From positions 10,044,001-10,108,000 of the forward strand of contig OX597837.1 in assembly GCA_951406725.2 (NCBI GenBank): a stretch of DNA of 64,000 bases, written 5' to 3'. The stretch comes from Octopus vulgaris. Taxonomy: Eukaryota. Positions 50,508 to 64,000 of the stretch are shown piece after piece. The translations under genes and the position numbers were made by a program. The first letter of the stretch is position 1, and each line of letters opens with the position of its first letter. The notes beneath the pieces were generated by a model, which worked only from the letters and a program-made list of their open reading frames with translations, was not told the origin of the DNA and searched no databases.

Positions 50508-51600
50508 CAAACATCTATGTATATGTATGTATATGCATATATGTTTTTTTTATATAAAAGCAGATAGAATGAAGTGACCTAGTTCTTTTATTACATCAAT
50601 TTACAATTGTTTCATCAAGTTTCCATCACATGAACATTGTTATATCATGCAATAACAAAGCACCTATTGAGTCATGAGGTGGTATGAATAAAATTATCCG
50701 TATGTGTCTATGGGGGCGTGATATGTGTGTGTGTTTGTGTGTGTGTGTGAGTATTAATGTTTGTTTTTAAGTTCAGTTGTATCATAAACAATTTTACATC
50801 AATCTGGTGCGTTACTCTACGCATTTTTAGAGCACAAATTTATAATTCCTAAATAAAAGTATTTACGACAGTGACTTCGAAGTCTCGGCCAAGTAAACCA
50901 TCGTCCGACAATGACTGCGAAGTCACTGTCATCAATGTTCTTGTTTAACGATAATAAGTAAATTCATATGTATGTATATAGATGTGTGTGCGTTTGTATG
51001 TATGTGCACGTTTGTGTGTGTATGTGTGTGTGTAGTGTGTGTGTGTGTGTGTGTGTGTTTCCTTACCCGTTCAAATATCCACCTTTGCCATCGTCACCAG
51101 TAATGCTATAGTCGACATCAGCGTCATCAGCAACACTATCATCAACATCACTATCACCATCATCATCTTCTTCATCACTAACATTGTCACCATCAACATC
51201 ATCATCATCATCGTAGTCGTCGACGTCGTTCTCATTATCATAATTATAGAACTATTAATAATGATAATGAAAATACGAAGCCTTTCTACTAAAGGCACAA
51301 GGCCTGAAGCAGTCAATTATATCAAGCCCATTGTATGACTGGTACTTATATATGAGGCCCCGGAAAGATGGAGCACAAGGTCGATTTCGGCGGCTTTTGA
51401 ACTCGGGACCCAGACTGACAAAGTGACACTAAGCATTTTGTCCCTGCAAAGCTAACGGTTCTAGTTTGCACTAAGAATAAGTACAAGGTAAAATTACTAC
51501 CTGCTTTTATAGCAAATTGATGCAGGTAGTTGCTCCCGTGCCCCTCCGACTTTTAGTTCATGCAATTGAAAAAAAACGCATTATTTATGGGTTAATCCAG

Positions 51601-51632
<32 letters not shown>

Positions 51633-51696
51633 AATAGACACACATTTAAATATGTATGTATATACATATATATATATGTGTAAGTATATGTTTGCA

Positions 51697-51729
<33 letters not shown>

Positions 51730-52281
51730 CACCGTGACCGACCAGGCTATCAGATGTTGCTACACATCGCTGGTCACAATGCGCTTCGCATTGTTTTAGC
51801 CTTCAAATGTGTGTGTGTGTGTGTATAATGTATGTATGTATGTATGTATGTATGTGTGCATGTATATATGTATGTAATGTATGTATGTATGTACGTAATG
51901 TATGCAATGTGTGTATGTATATATATATGTATGCAATGTATGTATGTATATGTATGTATGTACTGTGTTTCAAAGGAATATTTATCATGACTAAAGCCTT
52001 TTGATGTCGTTAGCGATGTTTTGTTGTTGTTGTTGTTTTTGTTTTGTTGTCACCATTGTTATTGTATTCTTGTGCATATATGACAGATGTCGATGTTATT
52101 ATATACCAATTAGCTGTTCTACGCAGCCTCTCTTCATATATTTTATCGACGTCGGCGATACCCTAGGGAACGGCATCCACACCACAGCAGCACGCTTTTC
52201 TCTCCCATCCTCATCCAAACAGCATCTTTATAAACCTGACACCTTCTACCTATGTGAGAAAACCAACACCCGTCGTCGTTG

Positions 52282-52313
<32 letters not shown>

Positions 52314-52442
52314 GTCGTCGTCATCATCATCATCATACCACTCATCATCATGGTCGTCGCCGTCGTCATTCGCCTTTGCCACCATTAGTATCACGATCGA
52401 CTTCATGTTCATCGTTATCTTCGTCGACGTCACGTTGATCGC

Positions 52443-52486
<44 letters not shown>

Positions 52487-52545
52487 ACACCACCATTATA
52501 ATTACTGTCATCACCTTCACGCTAGCCTGGCTCTTATATGGCTCT

Positions 52546-52623
<78 letters not shown>

Positions 52624-52770
52624 GATACACACACTTTACCTGTCGATATGCATGTATACACACCCACACACACACATATATATAGGTGTATATGTCTATA
52701 TATAAGCATATACATACGTATATTCATATATATATATATACATATATGTATACATATATATATAATTTTT

Positions 52771-52808
<38 letters not shown>

Positions 52809-53175
52809 TATGTATACATATATATATATACATCTATGTATACATATATATATATACATACATATATATACATATACATATATATATACATATATATATA
52901 TACACATATATATACATATACATACATATACATACATATATATACATATATATATATACACATATATATACACACACATATATTTATATATATATATATA
53001 TATATATACATACATATATACAAACATATATATACATACACACACACATATATACACACGTATATGCATACACACATATATACAAATGCATATATATATA
53101 TGTGAGCGTTCTGCGTTTGTTTTTCTCTAATCTATCTCAATTTAATATATGGATTTATTTCAAATTCTAATCCAG

Positions 53176-53297
53176 GATTAACACGGATCCAAAGAATCCA
53201 CGCTGGGTAGGTGCCTGGTGGGTTGGCTATTTAGGTGGCGGCCTTATTGCCATAATAATGGGCCCCTTCTTGCTACTCTACCCAAAGAAACTACCCG
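53176..53297 (+). CDS. SLCO4A1-like: OATP/SLCO coding exon carrying the superfamily signature (TM6); absent from the ORF track
   Basis: ctaatccag| acceptor, CCCG|gtaagc donor, phase 2/1. INTDPKNPRWVGAWWVGYLGGGLIAIIMGPFLLLYPKKLP matches the OATP signature D-x-RW-(I/V)-GAWW-x-G-(F/L)-L with N for D and Y for F/L. Confidence 0.96.
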
Positions 53298-53490
53298 GTA
53301 AGCGTATATCATTTGAATTTTGATTTTTTTTTTATATTTTTGTTTTTTTTTTATAATTAATTATTTTTTTGTTTTATTTTTATGCATTTAAAAAAAATAT
53401 TTTTGTTTTGTTTTTCATCTTTATTTTTCATTTTTTTTAATTTTTAGTTTTTTTTTCGAAAAAATAAATTAAAACTAAAATAGAAATTTC

Positions 53491-53555
<65 letters not shown>

Positions 53556-54600
53556 TTGATGATGATGATGATGATAATAACAGCGATGATGGGGTGGGGT
53601 GGTTTTGCTCCACATCATGGTGATGGTGGTTGTCATGGTGGTTACGACAGTGTCGATGGTGGTGGTCATGGTGATAGCAATCTCGGAGTTGATGACGATG
53701 ATGATGGTGGTGGTGGTATTGGTGCTGCTGATAGTGATGAAGAAGAAGATGACGATGCTGGTGGTGGTGGTGGTGGTGGTGGTGGTGATGATGATTATGA
53801 TGATTATGGTGCTTGTGTATATGTGTGTGTGTATGCAAGCATCTTGCAGCTCACGTGCGACGGACCGGCGTCCCGTTCAGGTGGGGAACCTATACGCCAA
53901 GGAAACCGAGAAACCGGCCCTTATTAGCCAGGCATGGCTTGAGAAGGAACAAACAACAACAACAACAACAACAAATTGCTTGTATGTCTCTGTGTGTGGT
54001 GTGTGTAAGCGTGGCTGTATTTACATATAAAGTATACAAAATATTATATAAACATAAGCACAAACATACATAGCAGTTCGTGCCAGACACAGTTCTATGT
54101 TTCGATTGCTGACTCACCCTCTTCAGTAGACAGAAAATTATGCCTATATGCCTATTTCTTTACTACCCACAAGGGGCTAAACACAGAGAGGACAAACAAG
54201 GACAGACAAACGGATTAAGTCGTAACTGGTACTTCATTTATCGACCCCGAAAGGATGAAAGGCAAAGTCAACCTTGGCGGAATTTGAACTCAGAACGTAA
54301 CGGCAGACGAAATACGGCTACGCATTTCGCCCGGCGTGCTAACGTTTCTGCCAGCTCGCCGCCTAATTATGCCTATATGCCAGTTTTTTAAATACCGCTT
54401 TGCTGTATTCCATGTTATTAGTGATGAGGTAAGAAAGCTGTTATTGTATTAATAAATGTTGCCGTCTGGCGATTGATTGTTGCGCACAACGGATATGGAA
54501 TCAGCTAAACGCACAGAAAGGTATGTATAATGTATTAATCTGCATAGAAATGGCTTTTGTCAGTTTAAACATTAAGAGCTGTGTGTATGCGGGGAGGGGG

Positions 54601-54815
54601 TGACTTGACCTGACTTGACTTGACAGCATTCACCCGGGGTGGGTTGAGCTGGCTTCATTCATCCTCAATACTGCAACTCTCACAAACGCCGACCAGACCT
54701 GGCGATTTGAGGCTAACGACCGCGTAATCTCCAACCACTCCCTATTCCAGTGGCGAACGCCGTAGATATGGGGGCGCCTAGGTTGGGTTCCAGATCAGCC
54801 TTGACTGTCATCAGC

Positions 54816-54818
<3 letters not shown>
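54601..54818 (-). mobile_element. RTE-clade LINE 3' fragment (second family)
   Basis: Frameshifted [11 protein letters not shown]...[24 protein letters not shown]...HPG* (RTE C-terminal W..A.(D/N)R..W pattern) followed by a (CAAGT)n tail. Confidence 0.7.
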
Positions 54819-54856
<38 letters not shown>

Positions 54857-54858
54857 AT

Positions 54859-54917
<59 letters not shown>

Positions 54918-54922
54918 TACAA

Positions 54923-55117
<195 letters not shown>

Positions 55118-55455
55118 TATGTATCTTGACTGCCAAATCCACAAATTTTTATTTAATTCTTTCTCTGTTTATTTTCTCTTATTCGTATCTGTTGAAGAGC
55201 GTAGGCTCGAAACGTAAAAGATTTTTCACTTTCCCAAGCGTCAAACTAATACACCTGCGTGTTGTTCATAAAATAGTCTTCATCTTTTGTTGTTGTTTTT
55301 GGGGAAATTTCAACTACGCGTGTGCGCACACACGCACACACATAGATATATATATTTATGGTTGTTTATAATATTCACCTTAAAAGGTATTTTAATATGC
55401 TGGCCACTTAATGAAATTTTGGGGGGAAAATTTTATCCTATATTAGAAGTAAATT

Positions 55456-55502
<47 letters not shown>

Positions 55503-55650
55503 ACCTGTATAGATACATACATACACACATGCATTTATTTATATATATATATATATAGATAGATAGATATAGATATAGATATTAATCTCTATAGACAGAT
55601 AGATGCATACATACATATATGTATGTGTAAAAGGTCATAGGTCTCAAGAC

Positions 55651-55687
<37 letters not shown>

Positions 55688-55965
55688 TATAGCAATTCTG
55701 ATATAGGGGGAAAAAATCATTAAATCAATCATTCCTATCAATGTTGCGGCAAAGATATATTTAGCAAGCGACTTGGAAAATGTCAATGTCCTTAAAAGAC
55801 ATTCAAGAGAATTAGACAAAGGCGGGAAGTAATCTAGCGTAGCATAATCATCCATCTTATCATTTCTTATGTAGAGCGTTGCCGTCCATAGTACAAAGTC
55901 TCTCTTTCAAATTAGATTTATGTGGAGATTGGTACTTGAGAGAGGTGATGGAGGTGATCCAAACG

Positions 55966-56047
<82 letters not shown>

Positions 56048-56216
56048 CTATATGAGTCTTTAACGAGTTTCAGCACTGAAGTTGAGGCCATGCTGGTTCA
56101 CCCGTAAGCCTAACCCTAAAACAGATTGAAATGCAATAGATCGATACTAAGGTCATAATTATGGGTGACAATTTCATATGACACCGCTAGAAAAAACAGC
56201 TGTTCAAACCGAAAAG

Positions 56217-56247
<31 letters not shown>

Positions 56248-56278
56248 AAGTATACCTACATACATGCATACATACATA

Positions 56279-56385
56279 CGAGGGGGTACTGAAAAGTTCC
56301 TGGTTTTGGGTAAAAGAAAAATACAGGAGAGTCAGTCAATTATGATTTTATTTTCTATATTTCCCTCTCAGGGTCACTTATTTTC
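56279..56385. mobile_element. Isolated mariner-like terminal fragment
   Basis: TA-CGAGGGGGTACTGAAAAG terminus resembles the TA-(c/t)GAGGGTGAGTCAAAA end of the 4812 element; no partner end seen. Confidence 0.45.
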
Positions 56386-56550
56386 AGAAAAACAAAAGAC
56401 GAAGACAGGCGCATAAACAACAAGCAGGAGTATTAGTTTGACGCTCGGGAAAGTGAGAAAGTCTTTTTACATTTCGAGCCTATGCTCTTCAACAGAAAGG
56501 AACACGAGGAAATAAACAGAGAGAATTAAAAAGCTTGTGGATTTAGCGAT

Positions 56551-56605
<55 letters not shown>

Positions 56606-56793
56606 GACGGGCTTCTTTCAGTTTCCGTCTACCAAATCCACTCACAAGGCTTTGGTCGGTCCGAGGCTATAGTCGAAGACACTTGACCAAGGTGCCACGC
56701 AGTGGGACTGAACCCGGAACTATGAGGTTGGAAAGCAAGCTTCTTACCACACAGCCACGCCTGCGCCTATATGTGTGTTTGTGTGTGTGAGTG

Positions 56794-56896
<103 letters not shown>

Positions 56897-58400
56897 ATGT
56901 ATATATATATATAAGACTACAATATCTGAAGTAATCATTGTTATTTAATTAAAACTAGATTGTGATTTGTGAGAGGTCCCTTTTGACTGCTACTTTTAGC
57001 ATGCGAATCAATCCCGTAGGTGATCCTCCGTATTGCTTGCTGTGTTTCTTGATTTTGTTGTGGCTGTTGTTGTTATTGTCGCTGCTGTTTAGCCCCAGGA
57101 CAGGTCAGTTCCAGTGCTCTATGGTTGTACGTAATTGCGTCTCGATCGCAGAGGAAAATGTTAATATGTTTAATATAAGTTCTGTCTGGGATTGAAACTG
57201 TGACCACGTTGTCTCACTGTTCTGCTCGAACGTACCCGGAGAACGAGGTGCTTATATTTATGTATTATTTGTTTTCGTTTCTTTGGATCGCTGCTTGAAG
57301 GTGTTGAGATGTTGGTACAATCTGCTCTTAAATCTGTTTTCAGTCAGGCGTACGATGTACGCACGCCTACCTACACTCTTACATAGCTGTACAGCCACGC
57401 ACGCACACCTCGTACGTACGCTCAGAGGAAAGATTCACATATAAATATATACGCATATTTGTGTGTGCGCGCGTTTATAAATATTTACATGAAAAAGAAA
57501 AAAAAAACGTTTATTGCACACAAAAACACATACAAAAAAATACGGATAAATGTGTGTGTGTGTGTGTGTGTGTATGTGTGCTGGCGTACATTTCTGTATA
57601 CGTGTAGGTATGGATGTATGAATTAAGGCGGGGTTGTATGTGTATTGTTTTGCTATAGGAAGAGAAGAGGAAAAGGAAGTAACGTGGCAAAGCAGAGAAG
57701 GTGAGAAATATAGTTAAAACAGAGAGTGGTGGGGGGTGTTTGTACGTATCTCTGTGTAGGTCTGTATGTATGTGCGTGTGTATATGTTTGTGTGTATGTA
57801 TTTGTGTTTATATGTATGTATGTGTGTGTATGTGTGTATGTATGTATGTATGTTTGTGTGTATGTATGTATTATGTGTGTGTATGTGTGTGGGGTTGTAT
57901 GTATGTGTGTATGTATGTTTGTGTGTATGTATATATGTGTGTAGATCTGTATGTATGTTTGTATGTATGTATAACATGTATGTATGTGTGTAGGTCTGTA
58001 TGTATGTGTGCGTATGTACGTTTGTGTGTGTAGGTCTATATGTGTGTATGTATATATGCTTGTGTGTATGTATGTGTTTATGTTTGCGTATATGTGTATG
58101 TTTGTGTGTATCTATATCTGAGTATGTATGTATGTGTGTATGTTTGCGTACATGTGTTTGTATATATAAGTGGATGTTTGTATATATGTATGTTTGTATG
58201 TATATATGTTTGTGTGTCTGTATGTATGTGTGAGTATGTATGTATGCGTGTGTGTCTACGATAGTGTTTCAAACAGAGAGAGAAGGTGGGGAGACGGAGG
58301 AGGATAGAGGAGAACAGATGCTGGCACCAACTGAGAACGAGGAAGACAGGAAAGACGCTACTGCCGAGGTATTATAGGTCGTGGAAGTAGGAAACCAAAG

Positions 58401-58720
58401 GCGGAAGCGTATAGCTCAGTGGTTAGAGAGGTTAGAGCGCCCACAATCATGAAGTAGTGAGTTCGATTCCCGGTCTTGTCCAGCACACTTTATTTCACGT
58501 TGCTCCAGTTCACTCGGGTGTAGAAATGAGTTGCGACGTCACTGGTGCCATGCTGTATCGGCCCCTTTGCCTTTTCCTTGGATAACATCGGTGGCGGGCA
58601 GGTGGGAGGCTGGCATGCATGGGTGACTGCTGGTCTTCCATAGAACAACCTTGTCCTGACTTGTGCCTCGGAGGGGAACTTGCTTGGTGCGGTCCCATGG
58701 TCACTCATGACTGAACTGGG
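58401..58720 (+). mobile_element. SINE family C
   Basis: TAGCTCAGTGGTTAGAG...GAGTTCGATTCCC head; body matches 13765-14070. Confidence 0.85.
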
Positions 58721-58734
58721 CTATATCTTCTCTC

Positions 58735-58945
58735 TCTTTTACTTGTTTCAGCCATTTGACTGCGGCTATGCTGGAGCACCGCCTTTAGTCGAGCACATCG
58801 ACCCCCAGGACTTATTCTTTGTAAGCCTAGTACTTATTCTATCGGTCTCTTTTTGCCGAACCGCTAAGTTACGGGGATGTAAACACACCAGCATCGGTTA
58901 TCAAGCAATGTTGGGGGGACAAACACAGACACACACACACACACT

Positions 58946-59010
<65 letters not shown>

Positions 59011-59175
59011 ACGACAGGCTTCTTTCAGTTTCCGTCTACCAAATCCACTCACAAGGCTTTGGTCGGCCCGAGGCTATAGTAGAAGACACTTGCCCAAGGT
59101 GCCACGCAGTGGGACTGAACCCGGATCCATGTGGTTGGTAAGCAAGCTACTTACCACACAGCCACTCCTGCGCCT
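58735..59175 (-). mobile_element. SINE family A, full length (5' half at 56603-56768; degraded +/- pair at about 63431-63718)
   Basis: Matches the family A consensus. Confidence 0.9.
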
Positions 59176-59349
59176 ATATAGTGACTGATTCCGAAAATAG
59201 TGAAGTGGACGAGAGTTTCGTGCGTTGGCACTTATCAAATATATATATATGCTTAGATGAATAACGAAAAGAAGAAACCCCTTGTTATAGTGTCGCTTGT
59301 GCTTTTATGCCAGGGGCGCAATTTTCTTTTCATATTATTGAAATATTAA

Positions 59350-59764
59350 GGACGGCGAGCTGGCAGAAACGTTAGCACGCCGGACGAAATGCGTAGCCGT
59401 ATTTCGTCTGTCGATACGTTCCGAGTTCAAATTCCGCCGAGGTCGACTTTGCCTTTCATTCTTTCGGGGTCGATAAATTAAGTACCAATTACGCACAGGG
59501 GTCGATGTAATCGACTTAATCCGTTTGTCTGTCCTTGTTTGTCCCCTCTGTGTTTAGCCCCTTGCGGGTAGTGAAGAAATAGGTATTTCGTCTGCCGTTA
59601 CGTTCTGAGTTCAAATTCCGCCAAGGTCGACTTTGCCTTTCATCCTTTCGGGGTCGATAAATTAAGTACCAGTTACGCACTGGGGTCGATGTAATCGACT
59701 TAATCCGTTTGTCTGTCCTTGTTTGTCCCCTCTGTGTTTAGCCCCTTGCGGGTAGTAAAGAAAT
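59350..59764 (+). mobile_element. SINE family D: head + two tandem 184-bp units
   Basis: GGACGGCGAGCTGGCAGAAACGTTAGCA head; junction AAGAAATAGGTATTTCGTCTG at about 59575-59595. Confidence 0.9.
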
Positions 59765-60490
59765 GTATATATGCTTAGAGGAATAACGAAAGGAACAAAC
59801 CCCTTGTTATAGTGTCGCTTGTGCTTTTATGCCAGGGGCGTAATTATGTTTTCATATTTTTGAAATATTAAGGGCGGAGGACTGGCAGACACGTTAGCGT
59901 TTCGGACCAAATGCCTTCCGGTATTTGTACAGATCGGGTTTTTTTTTTTTTGTTACATACTGCGTTCAAATCCCACCTAGATCCACATTGCCTTTCATCC
60001 CTCAGCGATTTCTAAATGACTACGGTATTTTGTAATGCAGCAATAATGTACTATTATGCTACAAAGTATATTAAACGTTTTAGAAGCCAAACATGTGTTC
60101 TACTGTGTTAGCAGTGCTTTTACATCACTTGTTAAAGTCATTTCTGCAGATTTTCAATAGAAATTATAGCAAGCACAAAGTACGTGGCTTAGTGGTTAGT
60201 GATATTCGATTCACGATCGTAAGGCCGTGAGTTCAAGTCCCGGCGGCATGACATTTTATTTCATGTTGCACCAGACCTCTCAGCTGGCAAAACTGAGTAG
60301 TGCCTGTATTTCAAAGGGCCAATCTCGTCACACTGAATCTCTTTAAGAACCATGTTAAGGGTATACATGTCTGTGAAGTGCTCAGTTATTTGCACGACAA
60401 TTCCATGAGCAGACTATTCTGTTGATCGGATTAACTGGAACCCTCGTCGTCGCAACCGACGGAGTGCCAGTTTTTACCAAAATTAAAAGC

Positions 60491-60802
60491 GTGGAGGCAC
60501 ATGGCCTAGTGGTTAGAGCAGCGGACTCGCGGTCGAGGGATCACGGGTTCGAATATCTGACCGGGCGATGTGTGTGTTTATGAGCGAAACACCTAAGCTC
60601 CACGCGGCTCCGGCAGAAGGTAATGGCGAAACTTCTGCTGACTCTTTCGCCACAACTTTCTCTCATTCTTTCCTCCTGTATCTTGCAGCTCGCCTGCGAC
60701 GGACCGGTGTCCCGTCCAGGTGGGGAACCTATACGCCAAGAAACCGGGAAACCGGCCCTTATGAGCCAGGCATGGCTCGAGAAGGAACAAACAAAAAAAA
60801 AA
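60491..60802 (+). mobile_element. SINE family B, full length
   Basis: Near-identical to 1739-2043; TSD TAAAAGC (60484-90 and 60803-09). Confidence 0.9.
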
Positions 60803-61510
60803 TAAAAGCCATGTTATTTGAAAATTAAATTAGGGTAAAACATGGAGGAATAAATCAATCGGTCCATTTTCCCCGCCCACCCTTCCTAAGAAGGGTCATC
60901 GCAGTAAAGTCCTCAGGCGCTCCTTCTATAGTGTCTTATCGGAAGTGACCGCCATTACACTTTCCGGTTAGATTTTAAAGTGTAGCCTTCCCAAGACGAT
61001 GGATATCAGGCAAACATCTTGTTCTTGGTATGCCTCGCCCTTAAGATTGAAGCCAGTTGACTTGGTTTGAAGAATCCGTCTTGTGATTCTTTTCTGCGAC
61101 TTTATAACCACAAGAAATAGCAGCCAAACTTCTTTTCAGATTACAACATAATACCTTAGTGGTCAGGGTGTTGCACTCACGATGGCGAGATCGTGGTTTC
61201 AATTCCCAGATCGGGTGGTGTGTTGTGTTCTTGAGTAAGACACTTCATTTCGCGTTGCTCGGCGCTCACTTTGACACCATGGCACGTGGAACATCGTGCA
61301 CCTCGTCGGGCAACGTCAATTTGATGGAAGGAGGGAGCTAAAGCACAGAGCATTTTTGAAAATTTGATGAGATGGTCATGGCTTGAACGCTTTTGATCAT
61401 ATTCACCTGATTCAAACTAATCTAGGACTAAGCATGAACAATAACAACAAGAAGCAATAAGAACAACAACAGCAATATGTATAATGGTTATCTCTTTTTT
61501 TTTATTGCAG

Positions 61511-61849
61511 TACAAAAAAGCGAAAAATCTCTCGACGATGAATCGATGAAACAGTTACAACACGAGGTCGATTCCCGGCCTCACCAACTCCAGCAGCAGC
61601 AACAGCAACAGCAGCAACAACAGCAGCAACAGTTTCAAACGCAATTGCCCTTCATTAGTAAAGACAGTGGTAACCCCGAACACCTAGTGGCCACAGAAAT
61701 ATGCAAACTCAGCCACAACCCCACCTTCCTCATGGTCACGCTCGGTGCTATTGCCGAATCTGTAAATGTCGGCGGATTTGCCACGTTTTTACCCAAGTTT
61801 ATTCAGAATCATTTTCACCAAACGCCATCTTGGGCGTCCATGTTGGCAG
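61511..61849 (+). CDS. SLCO4A1-like: OATP/SLCO coding exon (large cytoplasmic loop with Q14 tract, TM7)
   Basis: ttttattgcag| acceptor, GCAG|gtgagt donor, phase 1/1. ...KLSHNPTFLMVTLGAIAESVNVGGFATFLPKFIQNHFHQTPSWASMLAG carries OATP motifs NPTF and GF.TFLPKF. Confidence 0.95.
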
Positions 61850-62032
61850 GTGAGTACTTCTAGTTATTATTTCCTCATCGTGTATGCACCTCTGTGGGTT
61901 TTATCGTTAATCCCAACTCATCTTTTCTCTCATCCCTTTCTGTTGTAGAGCCTAGGTTCGAAACGTCAAAGACTTTCCCATTCCTCCAAGCGTCAAATTA
62001 ATACACCTGCTTGTTTTTCCCTCACCTGTCTT

Positions 62033-62087
<55 letters not shown>

Positions 62088-62491
62088 ATATATATATTAT
62101 ATGTAAAAAAAATACAAACTGGGACAAGAACGTAAAACATTTTGAAGACGATACAAAAAACACGGACAATTCGAAGCCTTCAATCTTCAGTCAAGAACCG
62201 GATCATCCTCGCAATATCGGCTGATTAATCTTGAGATCGCTCCAATCCAGCCAGCCCCAAGGAAAACCTAAGCTACGAGCATTAGATTTCTTGGAAAAAG
62301 GATCGAATTTATACGAAACAAGGACAGAAAAACGGACGATGCCACACGAATATAATTACAAAAAACAATAATAGTAATAACAGAACAAAAACAGCGGGTG
62401 TCTTACGACTAAGATACATATGTATATGTGAAAATAGATAGATAGATAGACAGACAGATAGGCAGATTAAATATATGTACATATAAATATA

Positions 62492-62531
<40 letters not shown>

Positions 62532-62601
62532 TTATTCAATATTTATATATATTTGTATATTTATATGTACATATATTTAATCTATATATATATAATCTAT
62601 C

Positions 62602-62669
<68 letters not shown>

Positions 62670-62692
62670 CTATCCCTCTATCTATATATCTA

Positions 62693-62728
<36 letters not shown>

Positions 62729-63183
62729 CATAATATATGTGGTCCGTGTGTGTTTGTGTTTGAGAGAGAGAGATAGAGAGAGCGTTATTTATAACATCAG
62801 AAACACAATACTCTCTCCATCACAAAACGAAGCGTACATAACCCCTACCCGATACGCGCGCAATCACGCCCACCCCACTCCAAACAGGCTCTCACACACA
62901 CATACACGCTCGCGTACGTACGCACACACACATTGTTTACAGTCTCCCCACATGTTGACATGTTTCATACTGCAACATGTAGCCAAACATAGATGCTTCG
63001 TAATTCAAGCAAAATAAAAAAAAAAAAAGCAGTCACTCCACTCGAAGCCCCAGGTGAAGTAGAGATACTTGCTGAAATGTCAACATTCCGCTGACACTAG
63101 AAATTAGGATCCAATACGAATTCTTCACATGGAACTCTATAAATGGTACTTCTTATTCATCACACCACTTCTCCATATCTACA

Positions 63184-63249
<66 letters not shown>

Positions 63250-63778
63250 TTTTCTATTTCGTTATCTCTTTCAATTGAATGCTCGTGGCCTGGTTGGTTA
63301 GGATGTATGGTTCATGACTATCAATACGTGGGTTCAATTCATGCATCGAGTTGATGACGGTGTCCATGTTGCTGATGGTAATGATGATGATGATAATCAT
63401 GCGAGTGATGATGAGCAAATGAGTTTTACTATAGTCCCGAGGAAGGGATTTGGTAGACGGAAACTATATCGAAGCCCTTCGTATATGTACTTATATGTGT
63501 CTTTGTGTTTGTGTTAGGGGGACAAACACACACACGACTAATATATATATATATATATACGACAGGCTTCTTTCAGTTTCCGTCACCAAATCCACTCACA
63601 AGTCTTTGCTCAGCCTAAGGCTACAGTATAAGAAATTTGTCCAAGGTACCGTACAGTAGAACCGAACCCAAAACCATGTCGTTGGGAAGCAAGCTTCTTA
63701 CCACACACCCATGACTGCATTAATGCCGTATGTTTAATTCCTCTTCTGATCTTTCTAATGTTATATTCTTTCGCTTAG

Positions 63779-63974
63779 GTATGGTCGTGGTGCCAGCTGG
63801 AGCAGCGGGCCAACTGCTGGGCGGTTACCTCAGTCGACGGTTACAGTTACATGTGAAGGGCATGGCACGAATGTGCATAATTACGTTGACACTGTCGTCT
63901 GTGGGGATAGCCGCATTTTGGGCCAGATGTGACTCTGTCCCGGTTGCAGGGATCAGTGCCAGCTACAATGCCAA
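63779..63974 (+). CDS. SLCO4A1-like: OATP/SLCO coding exon (TM8-TM9); gene continues beyond the window
   Basis: tcgcttag| acceptor, GCCAA|gtaagt donor, phase 1/2. (G)MVVVPAGAAGQLLGGYLSRRLQL...ARCDSVPVAGISASYNA carries OATP motifs P....G..LGG and C.....AG....Y preceding the Kazal-like loop. Confidence 0.94.
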
Positions 63975-64000
63975 GTAAGTAATACATACGATATATGTTT

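Overview
This is eukaryotic, AT-rich DNA saturated with microsatellites. The tRNA-SINE families and the repeat density suggest a coleoid cephalopod, probably Octopus (inference). I can support one protein-coding gene, an organic anion transporting polypeptide (OATP/SLCO, closest to the SLCO4A1/4C1 type) on the + strand. Six GT-AG exons with matching phases are in the window: 29986-30273, 42269-42439, 48973-49075, 53176-53297, 61511-61849 and 63779-63974 (1219 nt, about 406 codons). Its N-terminal exon was not identified and its 3' exons run past the window. Most of the supplied ORF track is microsatellite or SINE artefact. The rest is transposon-derived: four tRNA-headed SINE families (labelled A-D here), Tx1/L1-like and RTE/BovB LINE 3' fragments, Penelope-like remnants with minimal hammerhead ribozyme motifs, mariner/maT/hAT/pogo-type DNA elements, a Helitron-like element and a degenerate 30-bp minisatellite. 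The most unusual items are: (1) an intronic antisense 5S rRNA copy joined to a retroposon 3' stem-loop tail (SINE3-like chimera); (2) a hammerhead-like family with a fixed non-canonical CUGUNGA core; (3) a SINE whose 184-bp body is multimerised with the same junction at separate loci; (4) a LINE that appears to target (TTA)n; (5) a 245-bp-arm foldback mariner. No database searches were possible, so novelty is unverified. Exon and TSD coordinates were read base by base; most repeat boundaries are approximate (about +/-10 nt).
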